IMG/VR virus record: IMGVR_UViG_3300043426_000266
Coordinates: 141,064-205,063 of that record
DNA: 64,000 bases
Reading direction: 5' to 3' (one strand)
Both the position numbers and the translations under genes were made by a program. Below the pieces are notes generated by a model. The model saw only the letters and a program-made list of their open reading frames with translations. It searched no databases and was not told where the DNA came from. Position 1 is the stretch's first letter, and each line of letters starts with the position of its first letter. This document shows positions 1 to 8,248 of this stretch, in pieces.

Positions 1-175
1 GTAAACCAAAAATACTATCTATATCTAACCCAAACCGAATAAATGTTTTCAATTGACCCATGGTCAGTTTAACAGAAACCCATGTATCGTTTACGTTTTG
101 GGATATGATCGTTAAATCCTCATCAGAGAGCGCTTCTGGCGCTTCACCTAATGTACTAATCGCTGAGTCAACCAT
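1..175 (-). CDS. Partial CDS running off the window start; probable tail-fibre/virion protein N-terminus (MVDSAISTLGEAPEALSDEDLTIISQ...)
   Basis: Translated by hand: AGGAG SD, ATG at 175 on the minus strand, 58 open codons to the window edge. The IS-x-L-x-x-A...D start is common in phage fibre proteins. It follows 185..682 on the same strand. Confidence 0.55.
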   Translation of the reverse strand, partial: MVDSAISTLGEAPEALSDEDLTIISQNVNDTWVSVKLTMGQLKTFIRFGLDIDSIFGL

Positions 176-184
176 TTCCAACTC

Positions 185-682
185 CTAAAGTAATATTTTG
201 CTACCATTTTCTAAAAGTAGATAATCCATGTTTTCTTTTCTTAGATAATTCCCATCAACGGTACCATTACCAGCTAAGTCCCCGATATACCCAAGGGATG
301 TTGGCTTAGTTTGAATTACCCAGTTGACAATCTCTAAATCATCTTCAGTAAAGTCAAACCCATGACTATTTAGAAACTCTAAGGCAAGTTGTAAACTCAT
401 TACGGGAATTTGAAGATCGATGGGTACGATGTCTCGAATATCAATTCGATCGTACAAACAAGATCTTAGAACTTCACCAATACCAGCTTGTGGGTCATTA
501 TTTTCCCCAACAACAGAAGGATCAACTTTTAATACAATCTTACTGTTGTAGAGTGTATAATCTATCGTCTCAACCGAAACAACTTCAATACCAGGATAAC
601 TGGAACCTCTAAGATCATCTAAAGAAATGTTTTTACCTTCTACAGAAATGTAAACCCGTTTCCTTAACACCGGCATTGCCAT
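185..682 (-). CDS. Virion structural protein with a phiKZ-type 'Y-x-R-x-D...DL...SLGYIG' domain
   Basis: 165-aa ORF. LYDRIDI...FTEDDLEI...KPTSLGYIG resembles a domain repeated in phiKZ-like tail/baseplate proteins (recalled pattern). Confidence 0.5.
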   Translation of the reverse strand: MAMPVLRKRVYISVEGKNISLDDLRGSSYPGIEVVSVETIDYTLYNSKIVLKVDPSVVGENNDPQAGIGEVLRSCLYDRIDIRDIVPIDLQIPVMSLQLALEFLNSHGFDFTEDDLEIVNWVIQTKPTSLGYIGDLAGNGTVDGNYLRKENMDYLLLENGSKILL

Positions 683-690
683 AAATCCTC

Positions 691-1908
691 CTAACCAAAG
701 TAATCCTTGGAAAACATTCTAAGAATGATGTAGAGCATCACCCCGGTTCTAATTACAGCAATCACGGAAGGGTTTGAATTTCTAATATTCTTTTTAATAA
801 ACTTTTCACCAATATCCCGCATTTTCTCAACATCGCCTTTAGCCTTAGATGCGGTGTATAATGATCTCATGTAGGTTAAAAGCTCTGGTAGGTTACTCAC
901 CTTCTTGGCAGTTTTAGGGTCAGTAACAACTTGTTCAAAACAATGACTAATGATTAGGTCCAACCACTCTTGAGTCATCTTGTTCTTTTTACTATGTTGT
1001 TGATGAAAACTAATTAAAGCAGGTGCTAATAAGTGTGGTGGTAGTGTTGGTAACATAGATGTTACTACTGTGACTAAGTCAGTTTTAATAAACTCATTTA
1101 AAGGCGAACCAACCACACCTTCCATGTAGACTCGGTAAGCGTTATATTTCTTACTCATGTCTTTAATAACAATATCGCCTTCTAAGTTACTAAAGTAAGA
1201 TTGTTTATGACGTTTCATTTCTTTTTCTTTAATACGTGCCAAAACTTCCCAAAGGTTTTTAATAATGGAACGAAGTCGTCCTTGAATATCAGTGATCATG
1301 TATTGTATATCACCATCATCATTAAACTTAGTTAATGTTTCGGAGTGAATACCAGATTCACTAATAATGTCTTCTGCTCTTTCGACCATCAACCCCATCC
1401 AGCTCCCTTCTTTACGAAGTGTATATTTCATGGATAACTCATCGTAGATCATCTGGGATAGTTCAGGATTAACCGGGTGTGGGAAAAAGTGTGTCATTAA
1501 AGAAGTAATCAGTTTGAAATTCATAACAAGAATTGCTTGATACATCCCATCCATTTTATCTTTAGCAGATAAGTTTGATGTTTTAAAACGATGAGCAAGC
1601 CATAAACAACTTAGGTTCATAACGTCAGTACCACGAACCCAATCCTCATTTACAGTCGGTAAAGATTTTACCTCATTACGAATTTCGGTTTCCTCTAAAC
1701 CTAGCAGGTCAATTAAGAACGCATGGCGATCGGAGGACTTAAATTTTACAGGATATACACCAATCGCATTACCGCCAAAAAATTGAACACTCTCCTCGGA
1801 TGAGTTTACAATTCCAACCCCATAATCCGTTAATTTTTTAACTAAACCACGGTCAAATTTAATAGTCGACCCATGACGATCAAAGATCGATTTTATACTC
1901 TGCGCCAT
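691..1908 (-). CDS. Conserved chimallivirus protein, probably virion structural (405 aa)
   Basis: Long ORF with a GAGG SD. The FFGGNAIGVYPVKF motif and C-terminal GVMLYIILR resemble a phiKZ-like core protein. Function not determinable. Confidence 0.5.
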   Translation of the reverse strand: MAQSIKSIFDRHGSTIKFDRGLVKKLTDYGVGIVNSSEESVQFFGGNAIGVYPVKFKSSDRHAFLIDLLGLEETEIRNEVKSLPTVNEDWVRGTDVMNLSCLWLAHRFKTSNLSAKDKMDGMYQAILVMNFKLITSLMTHFFPHPVNPELSQMIYDELSMKYTLRKEGSWMGLMVERAEDIISESGIHSETLTKFNDDGDIQYMITDIQGRLRSIIKNLWEVLARIKEKEMKRHKQSYFSNLEGDIVIKDMSKKYNAYRVYMEGVVGSPLNEFIKTDLVTVVTSMLPTLPPHLLAPALISFHQQHSKKNKMTQEWLDLIISHCFEQVVTDPKTAKKVSNLPELLTYMRSLYTASKAKGDVEKMRDIGEKFIKKNIRNSNPSVIAVIRTGVMLYIILRMFSKDYFG

Positions 1909-1989
1909 AATCTGAATCCTCTAAGCTCAAATGATTACAAAGTAAAAAATTACAAATATATAATATTAACTTGAATAACCCGCATAAAG

Positions 1990-2021
1990 AAAATACAAAG
2001 GGATTAATCCCTTTGTATTTT
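1990..2021. terminator. 32-bp perfect palindrome, bidirectional intrinsic terminator
   Basis: AAAATACAAAGGGAT|TAATCCCTTTGTATTTT region; base pairing checked position by position across 1990-2021. Confidence 0.75.
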
Positions 2022-2189
2022 TACTTGTGTTGAATGTATAAGTAATGCGGCGTTAGTTTTAAGTCCTAATTTAATCATGGAGTAATTTGATTTATCACTC
2101 TTGTCTTTAGAACTCTTTTTAGTTGTACCTAACGCAGCTAAGCTACCCGCTTCCGAAAATTGATTTAACATCGCAATTTCGATTTTCAT
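2004..2189 (-). CDS. Small basic hypothetical protein (61 aa)
   Basis: AAGGGA SD before the ATG; the ORF ends inside the palindromic terminator at 1990-2021. Confidence 0.4.
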   Translation of the reverse strand: MKIEIAMLNQFSEAGSLAALGTTKKSSKDKSDKSNYSMIKLGLKTNAALLIHSTQVKIQRD

Positions 2190-2210
2190 ATTCCCTTGCC
2201 CTGAATATTT

Positions 2211-2226
2211 ACATATTATTAGGGTG
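2211..2226 (+). promoter_or_regulatory. Candidate early (virion RNAP) promoter motif
   Basis: ACATATTATTAGGGTG, a variant of the AYATTAT(T)TA motif that also precedes 8249, 16970, 25416, 30577 and 45801. Confidence 0.45.
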
Positions 2227-2276
2227 TTTAATTTACTGAACCGTCTATTTATTTAGATAACCAAAGGAGTGACAGT

Positions 2277-3131
2277 ATGTCAATAAAACTAGCTTCAATA
2301 ATGGCGGTAGATTTAAGTGGTGGTATTGGTTACAAGGGCCAGTTACCTTGGCAAAGTAACCGAGCGGATATGCGTTGGTTTAAAGATGCAACTCTTCATC
2401 AACAGGTCATTGTAAGTCCAACTACTTATGATGGTATTCCAAACGGTTTACCAGGGCGTCATGTAATTATGGCTCGTCGTCAACACAAAGACGAAACCCG
2501 AGAAATTTATTTAGAGGACCTGACGGGTCATCCTATTGCCAAATGCTTTGATAGTATGTCTAATAAAGGGTTGGGTGATTTACCCATTGTGCTCGGTGGT
2601 AAAAAGGTTTACGAGTCATTCGAACCAGAAACAGTAACAAAGTTTATTACAATTATTCCTGGTCATCATGTTGCCGATACCAAAATGAATCTAGAAAAAC
2701 TCTTCGACCCAGAGCACTGGGAAGCAAGATTTATTGGCGGGTCTATACTTAAAGAACAATATTGTTATCTTGTTATTCTTGACCGTAAGGGTGAAAAGGA
2801 ACATCATCACGGAATGGTAGAGCAGGTGAATAATCATTTTGAACCTTATGTTAAGTTAACGCTAAAAGAAGGAATCGTTGTTAAACCAAATGCACATGGT
2901 GTCTCAAGCATTAATGAATTTATTGTAATCCCTAAACACCAAACGGGTATATTCTCTATCCGTAAATCACTTGCCATAAAAGGATTATATACCTCAGGTC
3001 AGACCTTTTCTCGCAACTGGCTAGGGTATCCACAAATCATCATCACTAATCAATCGCTTAACGAGATTGAATTACCAGCTGGTACAGAAATCGGCGAACT
3101 TGCTTTACTTAACTCCAACTACACAGGTTAA
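2277..3131 (+). CDS. folA: Dihydrofolate reductase fused to a C-terminal degenerate dUTPase/dCTP-deaminase-like domain
   Basis: DHFR motifs IMAVD-x-x-GGIG-x-x-G-x-LPW, DMRWFK-x-x-T, LPGR and IVLGG-x-x-VY. The C-terminal IP-x-x-x-x-G-x-x-x-x-RKS...G-x-PQIII-x-N...ELP-x-G-x-x-IGEL pattern fits the trimeric dUTPase fold. Confidence 0.85.
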   Translation: MSIKLASIMAVDLSGGIGYKGQLPWQSNRADMRWFKDATLHQQVIVSPTTYDGIPNGLPGRHVIMARRQHKDETREIYLEDLTGHPIAKCFDSMSNKGLGDLPIVLGGKKVYESFEPETVTKFITIIPGHHVADTKMNLEKLFDPEHWEARFIGGSILKEQYCYLVILDRKGEKEHHHGMVEQVNNHFEPYVKLTLKEGIVVKPNAHGVSSINEFIVIPKHQTGIFSIRKSLAIKGLYTSGQTFSRNWLGYPQIIITNQSLNEIELPAGTEIGELALLNSNYTG

Positions 3132-3137
3132 ATCAAC

Positions 3138-3995
3138 ATGTCAACTTTAAATATTCAAATGTTAAACACCCTTCGAGTTATCGCAGAAGGGGAAACTATG
3201 GAAGAAGATAAGAGTTTATTACCAACCGACCTTTTCGATTTTCCAGAAACTTTCAACGACGTAGTTTCCGATATGTTGCAAGGTTCAGCAACCCCAGAGG
3301 AAATCCGTGATTTAATTAAATATGCAGTTATTATTGATACGAATATTCGTTATCGTTATAACCCGGAAGAAGTCGCAAAATTAGAGAATGAGTCAGGCAT
3401 CAATCCATCCGAATTTGCCAAGGTTTATGATTTGATTGATTCAAATTTTAAAGTCTCGGAAGGTCAGGCAGTTGCCGGGATTTTAGAAGGAACCTCTTCT
3501 TACATCTTGTGTGGTTTAGCGGGCGTAATTCGTCGCAATTATTCCGAACTGTACGACGATGGTTCTACCACGGCTTTCTATAATCTAATTGCGTTACATG
3601 CTAATCTCTCAGCATCTAACCCAAGTTCAACTGAATGCTGGTGGTTAGAAACACTATTCACAATGTATGGAAACGACGAATCAATTGAAAGCATAGAAGA
3701 CACTTTCTTTACTGACGAAGAAACAGTGAATCATGCAATTGAATTATGGTACATCTCATTCGTACAACCGCTTCAAAATTTCTGGGACAATATCGCCAAC
3801 GTTACAAACGAATATAACCCAAGTCATTTGGTTTCATTCCTATATTCGGATGTAGAAAATACACTTGCGGACTTGTATGAGGTTGGGTTACCTAAAGCCG
3901 AATCAGGTTATATTTCTCCGATCTCATCGATTAGTGTTAGTAAATCTGTAACCAATGTTGAACAGATGATGTTTGCGTTACTCACCAGTGAGTAA
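3138..3995 (+). CDS. Acidic hypothetical protein (285 aa)
   Basis: ORF track; rich in D/E/S; follows DHFR and is followed by a terminator. Confidence 0.7.
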   Translation: MSTLNIQMLNTLRVIAEGETMEEDKSLLPTDLFDFPETFNDVVSDMLQGSATPEEIRDLIKYAVIIDTNIRYRYNPEEVAKLENESGINPSEFAKVYDLIDSNFKVSEGQAVAGILEGTSSYILCGLAGVIRRNYSELYDDGSTTAFYNLIALHANLSASNPSSTECWWLETLFTMYGNDESIESIEDTFFTDEETVNHAIELWYISFVQPLQNFWDNIANVTNEYNPSHLVSFLYSDVENTLADLYEVGLPKAESGYISPISSISVSKSVTNVEQMMFALLTSE

Positions 3996-4002
3996 GCGAC
4001 CT

Positions 4003-4031
4003 AAATAAGAAGGGGTAACCCCTTCTTATTT
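4003..4031 (+). terminator. Intrinsic terminator
   Basis: AAATAAGAAGGGG-TAA-CCCCTTCTTATTT followed by a T-run. Confidence 0.8.
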
Positions 4032-4043
4032 TTTTAGGATTTT

Positions 4044-4049
4044 TATGAG
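4044..4049 (+). promoter_or_regulatory. Candidate late (nvRNAP) promoter TATGAG; also at 13501, 46379, 61269 and 63850
   Basis: TATG is the established phiKZ late-promoter core. Here TATGAG recurs in intergenic gaps shortly upstream of start codons, mostly just after a terminator. Confidence 0.5.
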
Positions 4050-4077
4050 TTTCCCCATTCTATAGTGAGAAAATAAA

Positions 4078-4881
4078 ATGAGTGCAGATGCTGCTACGAA
4101 GATTGATATTGCGCCATTAACAATTGTTGTTTCAGAAGCGCTCGACCCTCGTGTACGTCGTAAGTTAGAGGCAGAACAACAGGCAGATGTAAAGACCTAT
4201 AAAGAATTAACCCGTTCTTTAGAAACTCAAGAAGATTTAAATAAAATCAGACAAGAAGTGGAGGATCAAGGAGATGAAGCAGACCCATTCAAAACTCCAG
4301 AACCAACGGAATCAGAGCCAGCAGAAGCAGAAGCCCAACCCCAACAGCCGACCCCTGCTGAAAACCCAACGCCTGCTGCGGAACAAACTGCTGAACCTGC
4401 AACAACGCCGGCTACTACAGAAGTGCCAGCCGACACAGCAGCTCCAGCGGAGACTCCAGCGGCTACTGGACAAGATCAAGGTGCTGATGAGGATCTTAGT
4501 TCAGCGTTTGAAGGATTTGGCGTAAATTTACCGCGCAATCTTCTTCGTAAAATTGTAAAAGATTACATTAAGATGGAATCAAGTGACATTGACTCGATCG
4601 GTGAATTGGAGCACATTAAGTCATTTGTTTACATCGACTTAAGTCAGAATAAAGTAGATGGTGATACGCTTGAATCAGTTCAAACACTACGTGATCCAGA
4701 AAACACAATTGTGGTTATCAATGAAGAATCGATCCCTGATGCTGATACCACAATTCGTGCCCGCCGTATCGCAGAACAATTGTCTAACCGTGGTGTGAAA
4801 ATCTTCTATGATTTAGAAGAAGCAACAAACTATTTAAATGAACTTTACGATATCGTCTCTGGACGTAAAAAGGATGCTTAA
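4078..4881 (+). CDS. Hypothetical protein with a P/A/E/T-rich linker and a C-terminal alpha/beta (Rossmann-like) domain
   Basis: 267-aa ORF with a low-complexity centre. SLE, MES and TLES motifs could be head-protease sites. The ending RGVKIFYDLEEATNYLNEL resembles nucleoside-deoxyribosyltransferase-like domains (weak). Confidence 0.6.
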   Translation: MSADAATKIDIAPLTIVVSEALDPRVRRKLEAEQQADVKTYKELTRSLETQEDLNKIRQEVEDQGDEADPFKTPEPTESEPAEAEAQPQQPTPAENPTPAAEQTAEPATTPATTEVPADTAAPAETPAATGQDQGADEDLSSAFEGFGVNLPRNLLRKIVKDYIKMESSDIDSIGELEHIKSFVYIDLSQNKVDGDTLESVQTLRDPENTIVVINEESIPDADTTIRARRIAEQLSNRGVKIFYDLEEATNYLNELYDIVSGRKKDA

Positions 4882-6032
4882 TGATAAACTATAAAAGTTT
4901 AGTTGCCGATGTTTTAAATAACGGCAAAATGGTAAACACAGGCAAAGGTAGAACAAAACGTTTAATAGGTGCAATGGTTCGCTATGATATCGGTAATAAA
5001 CTTCCCGTTGTTACCGGTAAAAAAACAAACATCAATTGGGCTTTGATTGAAACCGCAATGTTTCTTAAAGGTGAGCACCATACTGATTTCTTAAAACAAT
5101 ATGGCGCGGAAAAGATTTGGGAAAAACAAGCTTTAAGTGAAGACTTTAAAGTTAAACATCCGATTCCACCCGCTGATGTTATTGCTAAACTGGTTGAATT
5201 AAAAGGTATAACTACCGAAGAAGCTGCCGCTGAGTTTGAAGGTTTAGCTATTGCGTACCAAGAACAACTTGTGAATATCGGCAAAGAATTTCAAGCAAAG
5301 GAAGGTGAAGAAGTTAATGAAGCTGGTTATAAAGAAGCAATTGAAAAACACACAATTGCTTTTGAAACCACTTTAACGGATCTAGGTCTTGAGATTTATT
5401 CAGAAAAGGTCATTTACTCAAAAGGTGAAATGGGTCCTACCTATGGCGCACAATGGGTGAAATGGTTGGGTGTAAATCCAACTGATAATCGTCTAGTGTA
5501 TATTGACCAAATCAAAGAAATTCTTTGGAAATTGGAAAACATCCCAGACTCTCGTCAGATTATTTTATCAGCCTGGAATCCTGCGGTAATTGCTCGAGAA
5601 ACAATTCCGTATGATGCTAAAATTAAAGCGGGTTACATGGGGCAGCCACCATGCCATCTTGTAACTCAATTCTTAGCAGATTTGAATGAAGATGGTACTC
5701 GTACATTAAACGCGGTATTATTTATTCGCTCGAATGACTTAGCTTTAGGCCACCCATTCAATATCATTGGTTACGCGGCGATCCTTCACCTTATTGCTGC
5801 TAAGTTTAACTGGAAGGTAGGTGAGTTGGTTGTTCAAATTGGTGATGCTCATATCTATGAAAATCATCTAGAGGGAATGAAGACTTATCTTTATGATCGT
5901 CCGATTCATGAAACCCCGACATTCAAACTCGCAGAAGGAGTAACGATTGATAACTTCACAGTTGAAGATCTCTTAACTGCGGTTGGTGAATACAAACACG
6001 AGGCGTACATGCCTTTTGAAATTAACGTTTAA
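4881..6032 (+). CDS. thyA: Thymidylate synthase (ThyA type) with an insertion of about 95 aa
   Basis: MGPTYGAQW, SRQIILSAWNP, catalytic PPCH, RSND-x-x-LG-x-PFN-x-x-x-Y, GDAHIYENH. Confidence 0.97.
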   Translation: MINYKSLVADVLNNGKMVNTGKGRTKRLIGAMVRYDIGNKLPVVTGKKTNINWALIETAMFLKGEHHTDFLKQYGAEKIWEKQALSEDFKVKHPIPPADVIAKLVELKGITTEEAAAEFEGLAIAYQEQLVNIGKEFQAKEGEEVNEAGYKEAIEKHTIAFETTLTDLGLEIYSEKVIYSKGEMGPTYGAQWVKWLGVNPTDNRLVYIDQIKEILWKLENIPDSRQIILSAWNPAVIARETIPYDAKIKAGYMGQPPCHLVTQFLADLNEDGTRTLNAVLFIRSNDLALGHPFNIIGYAAILHLIAAKFNWKVGELVVQIGDAHIYENHLEGMKTYLYDRPIHETPTFKLAEGVTIDNFTVEDLLTAVGEYKHEAYMPFEINV

Positions 6033-6044
6033 TAGGTTAACAAG

Positions 6045-6806
6045 ATGGACTTAAAATTAGCACAACGAATCGTCGCAGGTACCGCTGCATTCTTTGATAG
6101 CCGACTACATGCTCGTGTTGATGTAGTTACTCAGTGTGATGGTGAAAAAGCAGTTTATGTGGATTCACTTGGTGTTTCGACAATTCCTGACCCAACCTCA
6201 GTTGGCCATAACCTTTACAAGTTTATCCCAAAAAGTAAAAGTTTCGTTCAAGAACTTCATTTCCAATCTGGTTCGCCATCCAATGGGGTGAATGGATTAA
6301 CGAACGAGTCAGCCTTGGCGGCAGTTTTACACCGTATCACCAAACAGAACGAGACCTTTCCTTCTGCATATAACCAATTAACAATTCTTTGTCTACAAAC
6401 TGCAATTGCGGCTTTGCAGATGCGAATTAAAGATCGTAAAGATTTTGGTATTTATGATACTGATCAAGTTGAGCCAAACGCAGAAACAGAAATGGAAGTT
6501 TCAAAGGCACTCTCAATCATAAACAGTATTGGCCTTCTTGGTGATTTGATTATCAAGTTCGATCGTTCGTATGCTTTATCAGCCCCTGGTGCGGTTCATA
6601 AGCAGATTGAACGTTTACTTGCGTTTGTTAAACCAGAAGAAGAAGTTAACGTGGTTACAGCAACAACAATGATGGGTACTGTGGTGCAGATGTCTGGCAT
6701 TCTTACCTTTTGGCGTGGTCTAGCTGCCAGCATCAATCAGGTTTATAAGGAGAATGTTGATGTCTCAAAACCAGCCGAAAATAATTCAGCTAACGACTCC
6801 GCTTGA
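6045..6806 (+). CDS. Tad1-like anti-defence nucleotide-signal sponge with a C-terminal extension
   Basis: H-x-x-Y...LHFQSG...GVNGLTNES-x-L-x-x-V-x-x-R...F-x-S-x-x-N...A-x-x-x-L-x-x-R-x-x-DR matches the Tad1 family pattern as recalled. Confidence 0.75.
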   Translation: MDLKLAQRIVAGTAAFFDSRLHARVDVVTQCDGEKAVYVDSLGVSTIPDPTSVGHNLYKFIPKSKSFVQELHFQSGSPSNGVNGLTNESALAAVLHRITKQNETFPSAYNQLTILCLQTAIAALQMRIKDRKDFGIYDTDQVEPNAETEMEVSKALSIINSIGLLGDLIIKFDRSYALSAPGAVHKQIERLLAFVKPEEEVNVVTATTMMGTVVQMSGILTFWRGLAASINQVYKENVDVSKPAENNSANDSA

Positions 6807-7272
6807 GCGTTTTCAAAAGTTTGATGCAGCAGTTGATTCAGTTCTTTTGTCACTAGACAAGGTCGGTGAACTTTATACCGACCTTGGGTTTAGAGAAGAC
6901 GACCTTGTAGGTTTATCTGTTCACAAAAAAGAACAGTTTAAAGAGGAATTGATTCAGCATGGCCAACTTTGTCTCGCTCTACTCCACCATCCAATGATTG
7001 AGGTTTTAAAACAAGCCAGAGAAAAAGCCAGAAGACCAGGTGATAACTTAGAGCTTTATAAAACCCCAACTGGTGTATGGCAACATTACAAAGGCAACTA
7101 TTATGAAATGATCGGTGCTTGTAAGTCGACTGATCATCATTGTAATGCCGTAATGTATCAAGAACATGGGAAGCCGGATGGTGATATTTACACAATCACC
7201 TTGTTTAATTTCTACACCAAGAAAGAAGTAAAAGGTCAATATGTTTCTCGTTTTGTAAAAATACGAGAATAA
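6760..7272 (+). CDS. DUF1653-domain protein with an N-terminal degenerate MazG-like helical domain
   Basis: C-terminal GVWQHYKGNYY-x-x-IG...VMY...F...RF matches DUF1653. N-terminal LDKVGEL...FKEELIQ resembles MazG EE-x-GE/EL-x-Q. TAAGGAG SD favours the ATG at 6760. Confidence 0.7.
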   Translation: MSQNQPKIIQLTTPLERFQKFDAAVDSVLLSLDKVGELYTDLGFREDDLVGLSVHKKEQFKEELIQHGQLCLALLHHPMIEVLKQAREKARRPGDNLELYKTPTGVWQHYKGNYYEMIGACKSTDHHCNAVMYQEHGKPDGDIYTITLFNFYTKKEVKGQYVSRFVKIRE

Positions 7273-7274
7273 CT

Positions 7275-7300
7275 TAAACCCTCCCGGTCGGGAGGGTTTA
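7275..7300. terminator. Bidirectional terminator between convergent genes
   Basis: TAAACCCTCCCG-GT-CGGGAGGGTTTA. Confidence 0.8.
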
Positions 7301-7312
7301 TTTATGCAGCAT

Positions 7313-8113
7313 TTACATCTTTCCAATTAAAGCCCGAAGATGTCTTTCTTTAGATTTCGGATCAGCCATAATACTGATCTTCTTCCAACGTTCAGTAAAG
7401 AACTCTTCATACTGTTCCATCGCATCAGAGTAGTTATCAACAATCTCAGCAAATTTACCAAGTTCTTGACCACCATCAAGTTGAGCTCGATCAATCGTTA
7501 CACTAAGCTCTGTCCAGATATGTGCTTTACAGGCTAACTCACAGAGCTTAGCAAATGCAATCCAGGCTGGCTTTGGTAAGTTGTTGAAATTCTCATCCGC
7601 AGACAAATAACAGTTTACAAATAAATTAAAACTGCTGAATAAAATATCTGTCACATAGATGACATTATTATCAAGCAACTCAACAAACGGTGTTCCAGTA
7701 ATTGGTGTCGGCATCACGGAGTCCAATACCTTCTTAGCCCCACTCAACGCAGCATTTGAGTTTAAAGAAGCATAAGTGCTCAAACCACCTGTGTTACCTT
7801 GCCCAAGTTCTACCGAGGTTACACGCGTAATTACGCGCCCCTGCGTCGCACTCATTGGAACACGAATCAAATACTCTCCATTCCCTTGATTGCTTAACCA
7901 GGAAGATTTGATAGGGAGCTGGATAAAGGTAGAACCAAGTAATTCAATATCAGCGGCAACTCGGTTGTCGATAATATGTTCTCTAATAAAAGAATCAATA
8001 GATCGAGATTCTCTATATCGATGACGTCCAGAACTAATAAAGGTCTTTTCTAAAATTTGTCTAGGGATTGCAAATTTAATCTTATTAATTGCGTATGCAA
8101 TAGGGTTTTCCAT
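7313..8113 (-). CDS. Virion neck/head-completion protein (T4 gp13-like)
   Basis: CKAHIW-x-x-L...QLDGG-x-x-LG...Y-x-DA-x-E-x-x-EE parallels the T4 gp13 K-x-x-W-x-x-x-L...QLPGG...Y-x-x-A-x-x-E motif. Confidence 0.55.
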   Translation of the reverse strand: MENPIAYAINKIKFAIPRQILEKTFISSGRHRYRESRSIDSFIREHIIDNRVAADIELLGSTFIQLPIKSSWLSNQGNGEYLIRVPMSATQGRVITRVTSVELGQGNTGGLSTYASLNSNAALSGAKKVLDSVMPTPITGTPFVELLDNNVIYVTDILFSSFNLFVNCYLSADENFNNLPKPAWIAFAKLCELACKAHIWTELSVTIDRAQLDGGQELGKFAEIVDNYSDAMEQYEEFFTERWKKISIMADPKSKERHLRALIGKM

Positions 8114-8200
8114 CGAGTTTAACTCCTATGTATTCAGATGATTATTTAGATATAAACTAGATAGGATAATCATTTGAAGCCTGTAATCTAACGAATTTAA

Positions 8201-8220
8201 GATATATATTATACAAATGA
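8201..8220 (+). promoter_or_regulatory. Candidate early promoter driving the acidic-protein array
   Basis: GATATATATTATACAAATGA; resembles the phiKZ early TATATTAC-type consensus. Confidence 0.6.
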
Positions 8221-8248
8221 GATGGTTAAGATAACCAAAGGAGTTGTT

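Noticed and set aside
4274-4525. Q/R/L-rich 83-aa +1-frame ORF
   Set aside because: Off-frame reading of the low-complexity P/A/E/T linker; the same applies to 37622..37855, 41154..41647 and 29863..30063.
4881-6032. Possible DNA base-modification enzyme (dCMP hydroxymethylase) rather than TS
   Set aside because: Retains the dUMP-specific Asn (PFN) and all ThyA motifs; no modification gene cluster nearby.
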